DNA from: a bacterium
GTDB taxonomy: Bacteria; CAIWAD01
Assembly: GCA_030685015.1 (NCBI GenBank)
Contig: JAUXWS010000059.1
Location: forward strand, 87,052-151,051
Reading direction: 5' to 3'
DNA length: 64,000 bases
A program made the position numbers and the translations under genes. Position 1 is the stretch's first letter. Each line of letters begins with the position of its first letter. The notes beneath the pieces were generated by a model, which was not told the origin of the DNA, did not search any database, and was given only the letters and a program-made list of their open reading frames with translations. This document shows, in pieces, positions 53,606 through 63,756 of the stretch.

Positions 53606-55204
53606 ATGAACCTGGCGTACTTCAGAAACATCTGGCTGGCGGTGTTGCGCAGTCTGGCCATCAACAACATCAGTCGCGCCGGCGTGGCCATCACGACCTC
53701 GGCATTCGTCTCCTTCTTCTTCTTTGAGATCAGCATGCTGACCGGGGTCCTTCACAACCCCTACGTGGGCATGATCACCTACCTGGGCATTCCCATGCTG
53801 TTCATCCTGGGCCTGATGTTGATCCCGATCAGCTGGGTGTGGGAGGCACGACGCCGGAAATGCAGCATCAAGGCCCTGTTGTGGGAGAGGTTCGATCGAC
53901 GCATGCTGGAGCGTCGTGCGCGCGGCGCATTGGCCTTGCGTGTGCTGGTCATCATGAGCTTCGTCAATGTGGGCTTCATCAGCGTGGTGGGATTCCAGGC
54001 GGCCAAGCACATGGACGAATCTGAATTCTGCGGCACCACGTGCCACACGGTGATGGGTCCGGAATGGGCCGTGTATCAGGGGTCTCCGCACGCCCGTGTG
54101 CAATGCGTGCATTGTCACATCGGCGAAGGCGTGGGTGCCCTGGTGGACGCCAAGCTCAACGGCGCGTGGCAGATGATCGCCCTGTCCCTGGGCATCTATG
54201 AACGGCCGATTCCCACTCCGGTCCACAACTTGCGCCCGGCCCGCTTCACCTGCGAGAAGTGTCATTGGCCCGCGCTTTTCCACGGCAACCAATTCAAGAA
54301 CATCGTTCACTACGAAGAGGACGAAAGCTCCACGCCGCGCCACACGACCCTGATGATGAAGACCGGGTCGGGCGAGCCGGGGCATGAGCACGGCAGTCAT
54401 TGGCACGTGTCCCCCAGCAATCAAGTGCATTACGCGTCCCTGGATGACAAGGGCGAAACCATGGTCTGGGTTGACATGCGGTTGCCCGACGGAGGGGTGC
54501 GTCGCTACCACAACAAGTCCTTGTCGAAGGCGGACGCCGAGCGTGCTGGACTAACACACACGATGGACTGCGTGGATTGCCACAACCGGGCCACGCATGT
54601 CTTCGAGCTGCCTGCGGTTGCCGTGGATCAGCGGATTCGCCTGGGACTCATCAGCCGGGATCTGCCCTACATCAAGCGTCAGGCGCTGGCCGCTCTTGTG
54701 CAGGCGTACCCTGATCGCGACGCCGCGATGACGGGGATTGACGCAAGCATTCGCGGATTCTATCATCAGGAATACCCCGAACTTGCCATGGCCCGCGCCA
54801 CCGCCCTGGACTCCGCGGTCACGACGGTGCAGGCCATCCACCGGCGCAACATTCATCCGGACATGAAGGTGGTCTGGGGGAGCTACCCCAACCACCTGGG
54901 TCACGGCAGCACCTCAGGGGGCTGTTTTCGGTGTCACAATCAAGACATGGTGGATGATTCGGGAGCCGGCATCCCGGACGACTGCGTGCTCTGTCATTCG
55001 ATCCTCTCCAACGACGAGCCGGAGCCTTATCTCTATCTGTTCCGGCCGGACGAGTACGCGCCGCGGGAAACACAGGAGATGCAGCGATTCCTGCGGACGG
55101 AATTCTGGGAATACACACGGGATGCAGTGGAAAAGGGCGCCCGCCCGAATCAGTCACCACCGGACTGGTTCAACAAGGCGGCGGGCCGCGAATCCGGGGA
55201 TTGA
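53606..55204 (+). CDS. membrane-anchored multiheme cytochrome c with two N-terminal TM helices, 5 CxxCH and 1 CxxxCH; NapC/NirT or ImcH-like architecture
   Basis: TM helices VAITTSAFVSFFFF and ITYLGIPMLFILGLMLIPI. Heme motifs CGTTCH (CX3CH), CVHCH, CEKCH, CVDCH, CFRCH and CVLCH. Confidence 0.8.
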   Translation: MNLAYFRNIWLAVLRSLAINNISRAGVAITTSAFVSFFFFEISMLTGVLHNPYVGMITYLGIPMLFILGLMLIPISWVWEARRRKCSIKALLWERFDRRMLERRARGALALRVLVIMSFVNVGFISVVGFQAAKHMDESEFCGTTCHTVMGPEWAVYQGSPHARVQCVHCHIGEGVGALVDAKLNGAWQMIALSLGIYERPIPTPVHNLRPARFTCEKCHWPALFHGNQFKNIVHYEEDESSTPRHTTLMMKTGSGEPGHEHGSHWHVSPSNQVHYASLDDKGETMVWVDMRLPDGGVRRYHNKSLSKADAERAGLTHTMDCVDCHNRATHVFELPAVAVDQRIRLGLISRDLPYIKRQALAALVQAYPDRDAAMTGIDASIRGFYHQEYPELAMARATALDSAVTTVQAIHRRNIHPDMKVVWGSYPNHLGHGSTSGGCFRCHNQDMVDDSGAGIPDDCVLCHSILSNDEPEPYLYLFRPDEYAPRETQEMQRFLRTEFWEYTRDAVEKGARPNQSPPDWFNKAAGRESGD

Positions 55205-55497
55205 GCGTCGGTGAAGGTCACCTTGGAACCCCGATGCATCGCCGCGGGCCGGGTCGATCGAATCGGGCGCATTCACAGTCCAGTTGGGCGGCACAGGTAG
55301 CGCCTCAGATATACATTAGGCGTAAAACAAAACCGGTCATTTTTTCAAACCAAATGTTAGGTTCTTGACGGGCTGGCGATGCGGGTCATTCCACGCTCCG
55401 TTCCGTGTTCCAGCCGAACGTTGCGCATTCCTGATCGATCGAACTTCCAGGGCGGCCGGCCATGGCTGCTTGCGCCCGAAGCCCCAGGAGCCCGCGC

Positions 55498-56259
55498 ATG
55501 AAGTCCTGCACCAGACGTTGCGTCCTTGCTGCCCCATTGGCGCTGCTTGTGTTTGTGGTGGCCATGCCCGCCATATCCGCAACCGACACCTGCCTGGATT
55601 GCCACGCGTCTCCAGATTTGAAGGTGCGCGCCCCCGGTCTGCAAGCCTGCTACCAAGCCTGGCGCAATTCTCCTCATGCCAAGGCCGGCGTAGGGTGCGC
55701 GGACTGCCACGGCGGCGGCGATGCGGCCACCCGGGACCAGTGCCCTTCCACGTCGGAACGGAATGTCAACGACTTCCGCCGGATACCCGAGACCTGCGGC
55801 CAGTGCCATCAGGTTCTTCTGATGACCTTTCGCGAGAGCGTGCACTTCACCCAGCTTCAGGAGGCTGAAGCGGGGAAGGAAGGGCCCAATTGCGTGACCT
55901 GTCACGGCTCCATGGGAGCATCTCGAGTGGAAACCGCCCAAGTGGAGGCTTTGTGCGCCACCTGTCATGACGGTGTTCGTGCGTCCGACGATGGAATTCC
56001 CGCACGAGCGCGATCCGTTCTTGAGGTTCTATTGGGCGTGCGGCAGTTCAGCGCATGGCTGGGACTTCATACCCAGGACCCCGAACTGGAGGTGAACGAG
56101 CGAAGCAAGCAGATCGCTCATTGGCATAGATTCGAACTGGCCGCCCTTGAAATGCAAAGCGCAAAACAACTGGAGGAATTGAAAGCCCGAGTGAATGATG
56201 TTCGGGTCAAGGAAGGCCAGCTTCGACGTGAAAAGCGAAAACTGGGGCAGAAGGAATAG
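55498..56259 (+). CDS. multiheme c-type cytochrome with 5 CxxCH motifs and a C-terminal coiled-coil
   Basis: ORF 55462..56259, with start at the ATG for MKSCTRRCVLAAPLALLVFVVAMPAISA. Motifs CLDCH, CADCH, CGQCH, CVTCH and CATCH. Confidence 0.75.
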   Translation: MKSCTRRCVLAAPLALLVFVVAMPAISATDTCLDCHASPDLKVRAPGLQACYQAWRNSPHAKAGVGCADCHGGGDAATRDQCPSTSERNVNDFRRIPETCGQCHQVLLMTFRESVHFTQLQEAEAGKEGPNCVTCHGSMGASRVETAQVEALCATCHDGVRASDDGIPARARSVLEVLLGVRQFSAWLGLHTQDPELEVNERSKQIAHWHRFELAALEMQSAKQLEELKARVNDVRVKEGQLRREKRKLGQKE

Positions 56260-56465
56260 AACGGGAAGCGGTTAAGCAGTAGACGGCGTTTGCGATGTGG
56301 AGAGAAGTTGATAAACGAAGTTAATTGTCGCCTTAAGGCTACTACAGATAACAGCATCAGATCGAGATCATAGATATAAACCGGTACTCAAACATGTGTT
56401 GGCTGAAGGTAGCCTACGAGTCCTTATGCAATTTCTAAGCAATCCGATGAAGAAAGGAGACAACC

Positions 56466-57404
56466 GTGGAGAAGGAAGAACGTGTTCATGACAGGCATGA
56501 CCCTCGACATGGCAGCAGGACCCAGGGGGAACATGTGTCGTTGGGCGGAACCCTGCGCGCCGTTGTCTTCATCCTGCCCGTGGCGGTGCTTGCCCTGATC
56601 CTGTTGTCCATGTCATCCCGCGGGGCCATGACGCTGACCTCGGCGATCATGGTGTTGGCAATCCTGATGATAATCCTTGGCATCGTTGTATCGGGCATCC
56701 GCGTTGCAGCCCAATGGGAGCGCGGAGTCGTCCTGCGCCTAGGCAATTTCCGCTCGGTCAAGGGCCCCGGACCACTCTACATTGTTCCAATCTTCGAGAG
56801 TGTCCGCTTCATCGATACCCGCCTGCTGGTCTTGAACATTCCTCGGCAGAAGGTCATCACCAAGGACAATGTGCCGGCGGAGATCGATGGCGCGCTCTTC
56901 TTCATGGTTTCGGACAGCCAGAAGGCGGTGATCACAATCCAGGACTTCCGTTTTGCCGTAGCGCAGTATGCCCAGGCTGCACTTAGGGACATCGTCGGCG
57001 GATTGACCTTGGACGAACTGCTCTCGGAACGGGAGCAAATCCAGGCCCACATCAAGGAGCATGTGGAGCAGCGGGTCAAGGATTGGGGACTGAGCGTGGA
57101 TTCCATCCAGCTCCAGGACATCGAGCTGCCGGAGGATCTGAAGCGAATGATGTCCAGGCAGGCGTCCGCTGAAAGGGAGAAGCGCGCCACCATCACCAAG
57201 GCCGAGGGCGACATGCTGGCGGCGACGAATCTGGCGGAGGCAGCCAGGATCATGTCGGCCAGCCCCATCACCCTGCAACTTCGGACCCTGCAGATGATCG
57301 ACGGCCTGGGTGCCAGCCAGTCCAACACGGTCATTTTGTTTCCCGCGCAGATGGGGGAGCTGCTTGAAAGCCTTGCCGCCGGTCGTGCCAGGGCCAACGA
57401 ATAG
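56466..57404 (+). CDS. SPFH/band-7 (stomatin-prohibitin-like, slipin) membrane protein
   Basis: GTG start preceded by an AAAGGAG RBS. TM helix VVFILPVAVLALILL, followed by an SPFH domain and a coiled-coil. Confidence 0.85.
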   Translation: MEKEERVHDRHDPRHGSRTQGEHVSLGGTLRAVVFILPVAVLALILLSMSSRGAMTLTSAIMVLAILMIILGIVVSGIRVAAQWERGVVLRLGNFRSVKGPGPLYIVPIFESVRFIDTRLLVLNIPRQKVITKDNVPAEIDGALFFMVSDSQKAVITIQDFRFAVAQYAQAALRDIVGGLTLDELLSEREQIQAHIKEHVEQRVKDWGLSVDSIQLQDIELPEDLKRMMSRQASAEREKRATITKAEGDMLAATNLAEAARIMSASPITLQLRTLQMIDGLGASQSNTVILFPAQMGELLESLAAGRARANE

Positions 57405-57501
57405 GGGAAGTGCCCATGGTTGAAACATCCTCCAAGGGTGCGCCACAAGGGCGGTGGCCGGCCTTCCGTTCGCGCTGCAATCATGGCCTGAATCGGGCGC
57501 G

Positions 57502-58335
57502 GATATGATCCGGATTTCATTGCTGGTCATGTTGGCGGCCTGTCTGCATGGCAGGGTCGGACATGGTGTCGAGACTCCCGCCCACAATGACAGGGTCAAG
57601 TTGCTCTGGGAGTTCCATGGCTACTATCCCTGCATGGACTGCCATTTCAACCAGGAGACCAACCGGAGGCCCCGGGTGCTTGAAATGGAGCACGAGAAGC
57701 CTCTGGATTGGATGGACGACGACGGCGTGATTCACCGCGTGGAATTCGGCGAGCGCCTGCCTTTGGCGGAACTTCTTGGGAAGGGGCAGGCTCGTGGCCT
57801 GCGCCGGGAGACACTGGAGCGCATCGGACGGCGCATGAATCTGCGCGACCACATGTCCGCCCAAGGCCTTGGCGTAACGGACTCGATCTGGGTGCTGACG
57901 CATGGTGGTGGCAATGTGTGGTGCCTGGATTGCCACTCAGCCAGCGAACGGGACATGCTGGTGCTGCATGATGGCAGCCTGTTGAGTTTCAATGAAAGCC
58001 AGAGGCTGTGCGGGCAATGTCACGGGCCCACACTGATTGACTGGGATGCGGGAGCCCACGGCCGCACCAATGGCTACTGGAATCTGGAGTTGGACTCCAC
58101 GGGCATCAGCAGGCGCTTGTTGTGCGTGGAGTGCCACAACCCTCACGCGCCAGCCTTCCGCGGCATGATGCCTCTTGCCGGACCCGTCAACCGACTTGAC
58201 AACATTTCTCAACCCGCCCCTGGCACGCACAGAAAAGAAACCATCAAAGGGACGCGGGATGATATGGGGCCGCAGCCATGGCAGACTTCGCCGCGAAACG
58301 GGACGAGCGATCGCTCCAGGGAGGGCAACCCGTGA
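57502..58335 (+). CDS. tetraheme c-type cytochrome (4 CxxCH), periplasmic partner of the downstream NrfC/NrfD-like module
   Basis: ORF 57454..58335, with start at the ATG for MIRISLLVMLAACLHG. Motifs CMDCH, CLDCH, CGQCH and CVECH. Confidence 0.7.
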   Translation, partial: DMIRISLLVMLAACLHGRVGHGVETPAHNDRVKLLWEFHGYYPCMDCHFNQETNRRPRVLEMEHEKPLDWMDDDGVIHRVEFGERLPLAELLGKGQARGLRRETLERIGRRMNLRDHMSAQGLGVTDSIWVLTHGGGNVWCLDCHSASERDMLVLHDGSLLSFNESQRLCGQCHGPTLIDWDAGAHGRTNGYWNLELDSTGISRRLLCVECHNPHAPAFRGMMPLAGPVNRLDNISQPAPGTHRKETIKGTRDDMGPQPWQTSPRNGTSDRSREGNP

Positions 58336-59273
58336 AGCCCAGCAAAAAGAACATGATGCGGGGCCGCGCGGACTCCGTGGACCGGCGCGGATTCCTCAAG
58401 GCCATGGCATCCACGGTCGCCGCCCTGAGCCTGCCCGTGTTGAGCAAGGACGCCGGGGCCTTCTCCTGGGATGAGTTTTTCCAGAAGCATTTCTATGAGC
58501 TAAGTCGGGAAGAACTGGAAAAGCGGATCAAGCGCCTCGAAAAGGAATACAACGAGAAGTTCCACAGGACGGACTTCAGCGTGAGCACCGATGGCCCGCT
58601 CAAGGATGTGCGCTTTGCCTACGCGCTAAGCCTGTCCAAGTGCATCGGTTGCAGGAAGTGCGTACACGCCTGCGTGGCGGAGAACAATCAGCACCGGGGT
58701 AGCGAATCGCGCCGGGACGTGGTGGAGTACATCCGCGTTCTGGAAATGGAGAAAGGTTCGCTGGACCTGGAGAAAGCCGTCCACGACTACAGCCACCCGG
58801 TTCCCGCGGAAGGCAAGTACTACATGCCCGTGCAGTGCCATCACTGCAACAACGCGCCCTGCACGAAAGTCTGTCCCGTGGAAGCCACTTGGCAGGAAGT
58901 GGACGGCATCGTTGTCGTCGACTACGAATGGTGCATCGGATGCCGTTACTGCCAGGCGGCCTGCCCCTACTTCGCCCGGCGCTTCAACTTCAGCGAGCCC
59001 AGGCTTCCGGAGGCGGAAGTCAATCCCGTGACCCATTACCTGGGCAATCGCCCGCGGAGCAAGGGGGTCATGGAAAAATGCACCTTTTGCATCCAGCGCA
59101 CACGCAGGGGATTGAATCCCGCCTGCCTGGACGTCTGCCCCACAGGCAGCCGGAAGTTCGGCAACCTGCTCGACCCAGATAGCGAAATCCGCTACATCAT
59201 CAATAACAAGCGGGTGTTCATCCTCAAGGAAGAACTGGGCACGATGTCCAGCTTCTACTATTACTTCGATTGA
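58332..59273 (+). CDS. Tat-exported 4Fe-4S ferredoxin-type iron-sulfur subunit (NrfC/PsrB/HybA family)
   Basis: GTG at 58332 overlaps the cytochrome stop (GTGA). The ATG at 58353 is an alternative. Twin-arginine motif RRGFLKAMAS. Four Cys clusters: CIGCRKCVHAC, CHHCNNAPC, CIGCRYCQAAC and CTFC...C. Confidence 0.8.
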   Translation: MKPSKKNMMRGRADSVDRRGFLKAMASTVAALSLPVLSKDAGAFSWDEFFQKHFYELSREELEKRIKRLEKEYNEKFHRTDFSVSTDGPLKDVRFAYALSLSKCIGCRKCVHACVAENNQHRGSESRRDVVEYIRVLEMEKGSLDLEKAVHDYSHPVPAEGKYYMPVQCHHCNNAPCTKVCPVEATWQEVDGIVVVDYEWCIGCRYCQAACPYFARRFNFSEPRLPEAEVNPVTHYLGNRPRSKGVMEKCTFCIQRTRRGLNPACLDVCPTGSRKFGNLLDPDSEIRYIINNKRVFILKEELGTMSSFYYYFD

Positions 59274-59280
59274 AGAGGGC

Positions 59281-60513
59281 GTGGTGGTCCATATCAGTCT
59301 TTACCCTCGCTTCGTCATTGATGCCATGCGTTCGATGATGGGGGATTCGGGGCTTTACCGACTTTGGTTGGTTTCCTTGTCGTGCCTGATTGGAGCAGGA
59401 GGATGGGCCTACGCCCAGCAGCTCGAATCCGGTCTGGCCGTGACGGGGATGAGCGATCAAGTTTCCTGGGGCGTCTACATCGCCAATTTCACCTTTCTCG
59501 TGGGCGTCGCCGCGGCGGCCGTCATGATGGTGATCCCGGGCTACCTGTATCACATCAAGGAAGTCAAGGACGGCGTCCTGATCGGTGAAATGGTTGCCAT
59601 TGGCGCCATCATCATGTGCCTGCTCTTCGTGGTGGTTGACCTCGGCCGCCCGGACCGGATCTGGCACATGATTCCCGGAATCGGCCGCTTCAATTTCCCC
59701 ATGTCACTGCTAAGCTGGGATGTGGTAGTCCTGAACGGTTACCTGTTGTTGAATCTGCACATCCCTGGATACATCCTCTATCAAAGGTGGTTGGGAAAGG
59801 AGCCGAGAAGGGGATACTACATGCCCTTCGTTTACATGAGCGTGGTCTGGGCAGTCAGCATCCACACCGTCACGGCGTTCCTGTACAATGGATTGGGTGG
59901 GCGACCTTTCTGGAACACGGCCATCCTTGCCCCTCGCTTCATCGCCAGTGCCTTCACGGCTGGCCCGGCCTTCATCATCCTCGTGCTTTATCTGGTAAGG
60001 CGGTACACGGACTTTCATGTGGATGGCCGGCTCTTCCGCTTCCTGCGCATGGTGGTGTTGATCTGCGGCCTGATCAACCTGTTCCTCCTGGGCAGCGAGG
60101 TGTTCACCGAGTTCTACACAGACTCCACACATGTGGCAAGCGCCCGCTACCTCTACTTTGGCCTGCATGGACACACGGCCCTTGTTCCCTGGATCTGGGC
60201 TTCCGTCGGCATGAACGTGCTGGCCATCCTGATGCTGCTGTCGCGACGCTTCGAGTTCAGCACCACGGCACTGAAAGCCCTGCCCTTGGTACTGCTGATT
60301 GTGGCCATCTGGATTGAGAAGGGCATGGGCTTGATCATCCCCGGTTTCATCCCGACTCCCCTTGGGGAGATCTTCGAGTACATGCCATCCGCGACGGAGA
60401 CGTTGATCTGCCTGGGAGTCTGGGCGGTGGGCTTGCTGGTCATGACCCTGCTGATCAAGTTCGCCACGGACGTGGAGACGGGCCGGATCAGCGCTCCCAG
60501 AACGGAGTTCTGA
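59281..60513 (+). CDS. NrfD/PsrC-family integral membrane quinol-interacting subunit
   Basis: 410 aa with ~8-10 TM helices. The sequence pattern matches polysulfide-reductase NrfD-like membrane anchors. It lies immediately downstream of the Fe-S subunit. Confidence 0.8.
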   Translation: MVVHISLYPRFVIDAMRSMMGDSGLYRLWLVSLSCLIGAGGWAYAQQLESGLAVTGMSDQVSWGVYIANFTFLVGVAAAAVMMVIPGYLYHIKEVKDGVLIGEMVAIGAIIMCLLFVVVDLGRPDRIWHMIPGIGRFNFPMSLLSWDVVVLNGYLLLNLHIPGYILYQRWLGKEPRRGYYMPFVYMSVVWAVSIHTVTAFLYNGLGGRPFWNTAILAPRFIASAFTAGPAFIILVLYLVRRYTDFHVDGRLFRFLRMVVLICGLINLFLLGSEVFTEFYTDSTHVASARYLYFGLHGHTALVPWIWASVGMNVLAILMLLSRRFEFSTTALKALPLVLLIVAIWIEKGMGLIIPGFIPTPLGEIFEYMPSATETLICLGVWAVGLLVMTLLIKFATDVETGRISAPRTEF

Positions 60514-60886
60514 CCCGTGACCCAAGGCTTACGCGAGATGGCCCGAAACATGCGCTGATCCATCCCCAGTGTCAGCGGCTCCATGTAGACAGCCGTGCTG
60601 GATCCTTAAAGAACCGGAATGGGAGATTCGCTCCAGGGCCCGTTCACGACAGTCGCGCTTTGCATCACACACTGCCAGTTGTCGAACCGGCTACTGTCGA
60701 GGCGCCGGGGACCAGTTCCTGGTCAACACGGCTCTGCAGGTGTCCGGGTAACTGGGACTGCACGATCAAAGAACGCTCTAAGTCAATGTCTGTCAATAGC
60801 TTAAGCTGACGGAGCGGACAAGGCTGTGACTGGCTTGTCTTGGATCGGGCACTTGGAGGAACGGGACACGCCAAGCGGTCAAGGGC

Positions 60887-63577
60887 TTAGCCCAGCTCCG
60901 CCAGATTGTGCTGGAGCTTCTCCAGATCCAGCCGCACGGCCTCCCGCTTGGCCTGCTCCTTTTCGACCACCTCGGCAGGCGCCCGGGCCAGGAAGTCCTG
61001 ATTTCCCAGCTTGGCGTCCTGACCTTTCAATAGACCTGCCACACGCAGGATTTCCTTTTTCAGGCGGAAACGCTCCACGTCGAGATCGATGAGACCGGCG
61101 AGCGGCACCCACACGTCGATCCCCTCCACCACGTTGGCGGCAACGGGCGTGGGCCGCTCCGCGTTGAGGCGGATCTCCGCGGCCTGGGCCAGGTCGCGGA
61201 TGTAGGGCAGGGCCGGCTCGAGCAGGGCCAGGCGTTCCCGGTCGCCGTGCAGCACGACCGAGATGGGCTGCCGCGGCTTGAGGTTCTGCTCGGCACGGAT
61301 GTTGCGCAGCGCCGTGGTGACGCCCTGGACCAGGGCGAACTCCTCCTCGACGGCGGGCAGGACCAGGCCCGGGTCGACGATGGGGAAGTCGTGACACATG
61401 AGATGCGCGCCCCAGGGCAGGGGCAGGCCGCGCCCGGCCAACTCCTCCCGCGTGACACGCCAGACCTCCTCGGCGATGAAGGGCATGAAGGGCGAGAGCA
61501 GTTGCATGGCCCGCAGGAAGACGTGGAGGGCGTGCTCGAGGGCGGCCTTGCGCGCCGCGGGTTCGCCTTCCTTGTAAAGGCGCGGCTTCACCAGCTCCAC
61601 GTACCAGTCGCAGAACTCGCCCCAGATGAAATCGTAGAGCGCCGCCTGTGCCTCGTTGGGCCGGAAGCGGGCGAAGCCCTCATCCACCTTGGCAATGGTG
61701 CTGTGCAGGCGGCTGAGGATCCACTCGTCGGCCAGCTCCCGCGGGCAGGGGGCGGCCAGGTCGGTCGCCGCGTCGAGCAGATCCCAGTCCTGCATGTGCA
61801 GGAAGCGGAAAGCCTGCCAGATCTTGTTGGCGAAGTTGCGCCCCATCTCGAACTTCTGCTCGGAGAGCTTGATGTCCTGGCCTTCCGTGTTGAGCGCGAT
61901 CATGCAGTAGCGCACGGCGTCCGCCCCGTAGCGCTCCACCATCGCCAGCGGATCGATCCCGTTGCCCAGGCTCTTGGACATCTTGCGGCCCTGGGCGTCC
62001 TTGACGATGCCGGTGAAGTAGACGTCGCGGAAAGGCGGGCGGCCGGTGAACTCCACGCCGGCCATGATCATGCGGCTTACCCAGAAAAAAATGATGTCGT
62101 AGCCCGTCACCATCAGGTCCGTGGGGTAGTACTTGCGGAAGCGCGGGTCGTCCGTGTCGGGCCAGCCCAGCGTGGTGAAGGGCCACAGCCAGCTGGAGAA
62201 CCAGGTGTCCAGCACGTCCTCGTCCTGGGCCAGGTGCGCCGAGCCGCAGGCCGCACAGGCCGTCGGATCCTCCCGTGTCACCATCACGTGGCCGCACTCG
62301 CCGCAGGTGAAAACGGGGATGCGGTGCCCCCACCACAGCTGGCGGCTGATGCACCAGTCACGGATGCCTTCCAGCCAGTGGAAGAAGACGTTCTCCCAGC
62401 GCTTCGGGTGGAACTGCACCTCGCCCCGCCGCACCGAGTCCATGGCGGCCTCGGCCAGGGGTTTCATCCGCACGAACCACTGCCGCGAGAGGTAGGGCTC
62501 CACCACCGTGTGGCAGCGCTGGCACTGGCCCACCGCGTTGCTGTGGTCCTCAGTCTTGCGCAGCAGGCCCTGGGCCTCCAGATCCTCCAGCACCTTCTGG
62601 CGGGCCTCGTAGCGGTCCAGCCCGGCGTAGGGGCCACCCTGGTCGTTGATGCGGCCGTCCACGTCCAGCACTTTGACCGGTGTCAGACCGTGGCGGCGTC
62701 CCATCTCGAAATCGTTGGGGTCGTGGGCGGGCGTCACCTTGACGCAGCCGGTGCCGAAGGCCGGATCCACAAAGTCGTCGGCGATCACCACCAGCTCGCG
62801 GCCCAGCAGCGGCAGGCGCAGCCGGCGTCCCGGCAGATGCCGGTAGCGGGCGTCCTCCGGGTGGACGGCCACGGCCACGTCGCCCAGCATGGTCTCCGGG
62901 CGCGTGGTGGCCACCACCAGCTCCTCGCCCGTGGGCCGGCCCTGGTCGTCCAGCACGGGATAAGCCATGTGCCACAAGTGGCTGGCTTTCTCCTCGTGGT
63001 CCACCTCCTCGTCGGAGATGGCCGTGTGGCAGCGCGGGCACCAGTTGACGATGTAGTCGCCCTGGTAGATGAGGTCCTTCTCATGGAGGCGGACGAAGAC
63101 CTCGCGCACGGCGCGGGAGGGCCCGGGGTCCATCGTGAAGACCTCGTGGCGCCAGTCCGCGCTGTCCCCCAGCTTGCGCTTCTGCTCCATGATGATGTCG
63201 CCGTAGGTGCGGCGCCATGCCCAGGCGCGCTCCAGGAAGGCCTCGCGGCCCAGGGCGTGGCGGCTGCTGCCTTCCTGGGCCAGCAGCTTCTCCACCACGT
63301 TCTGGGTGGCGATGCCGGCGTGGTCCTTGCCCGGCTGCCACAGGGCGTCGAAGCCCTTCATGCGCTTGTAGCGGATGAAGGCGTCCTGCACGGCGTCCTG
63401 CAGGCCGTGGCCCATGTGGAGCTGCCCGGTCACGTTGGGGGGCGGCATGTTGATGACGAAGGCGGGCCGGCCGCCGGCGGGATCCGTGTGGAAGCAGCCG
63501 TGCTCCTCCCACATGCGGTACAGAAGGGGTTCCAGCTCCTGGGGTTCCCAGGTCCGCGACAGCTCCGTGCGCGTCAT
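60887..63577 (-). CDS. valS: valine--tRNA ligase
   Basis: ORF 60887..63772, with start at the tandem ATGs 63577/63580 with an AGGAGAC RBS. HIGH region NVTGQLHMGH. Ends with the ValRS C-terminal coiled-coil. Confidence 0.95.
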   Translation of the reverse strand: MTRTELSRTWEPQELEPLLYRMWEEHGCFHTDPAGGRPAFVINMPPPNVTGQLHMGHGLQDAVQDAFIRYKRMKGFDALWQPGKDHAGIATQNVVEKLLAQEGSSRHALGREAFLERAWAWRRTYGDIIMEQKRKLGDSADWRHEVFTMDPGPSRAVREVFVRLHEKDLIYQGDYIVNWCPRCHTAISDEEVDHEEKASHLWHMAYPVLDDQGRPTGEELVVATTRPETMLGDVAVAVHPEDARYRHLPGRRLRLPLLGRELVVIADDFVDPAFGTGCVKVTPAHDPNDFEMGRRHGLTPVKVLDVDGRINDQGGPYAGLDRYEARQKVLEDLEAQGLLRKTEDHSNAVGQCQRCHTVVEPYLSRQWFVRMKPLAEAAMDSVRRGEVQFHPKRWENVFFHWLEGIRDWCISRQLWWGHRIPVFTCGECGHVMVTREDPTACAACGSAHLAQDEDVLDTWFSSWLWPFTTLGWPDTDDPRFRKYYPTDLMVTGYDIIFFWVSRMIMAGVEFTGRPPFRDVYFTGIVKDAQGRKMSKSLGNGIDPLAMVERYGADAVRYCMIALNTEGQDIKLSEQKFEMGRNFANKIWQAFRFLHMQDWDLLDAATDLAAPCPRELADEWILSRLHSTIAKVDEGFARFRPNEAQAALYDFIWGEFCDWYVELVKPRLYKEGEPAARKAALEHALHVFLRAMQLLSPFMPFIAEEVWRVTREELAGRGLPLPWGAHLMCHDFPIVDPGLVLPAVEEEFALVQGVTTALRNIRAEQNLKPRQPISVVLHGDRERLALLEPALPYIRDLAQAAEIRLNAERPTPVAANVVEGIDVWVPLAGLIDLDVERFRLKKEILRVAGLLKGQDAKLGNQDFLARAPAEVVEKEQAKREAVRLDLEKLQHNLAELG

Positions 63578-63725
63578 CATGTCTCCTGATCGGCCTTCCC
63601 GCGTCCCGCCATCCTCATTGTCGGGCAAGAAGGTAGGGCCTGGGGCGCGGAGCACAAAGCCGGACCGGGCGCCTGGCTGGACATGGGCGCAGGGCTTGTC
63701 CACAGGGGGCGGCAAGCCTTGCCGA

Positions 63726-63756
63726 GGTGTCCGACCATGGGTCGGACACCTGTTCG
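63726..63756. repeat. palindromic repeat unit GGTGTCCGACCATGGGTCGGACACCTGTTC (REP-like), copy 1
   Basis: Seen directly. Stem GTGTCCGAC/GTCGGACAC with loop CATGG. Confidence 0.5.
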
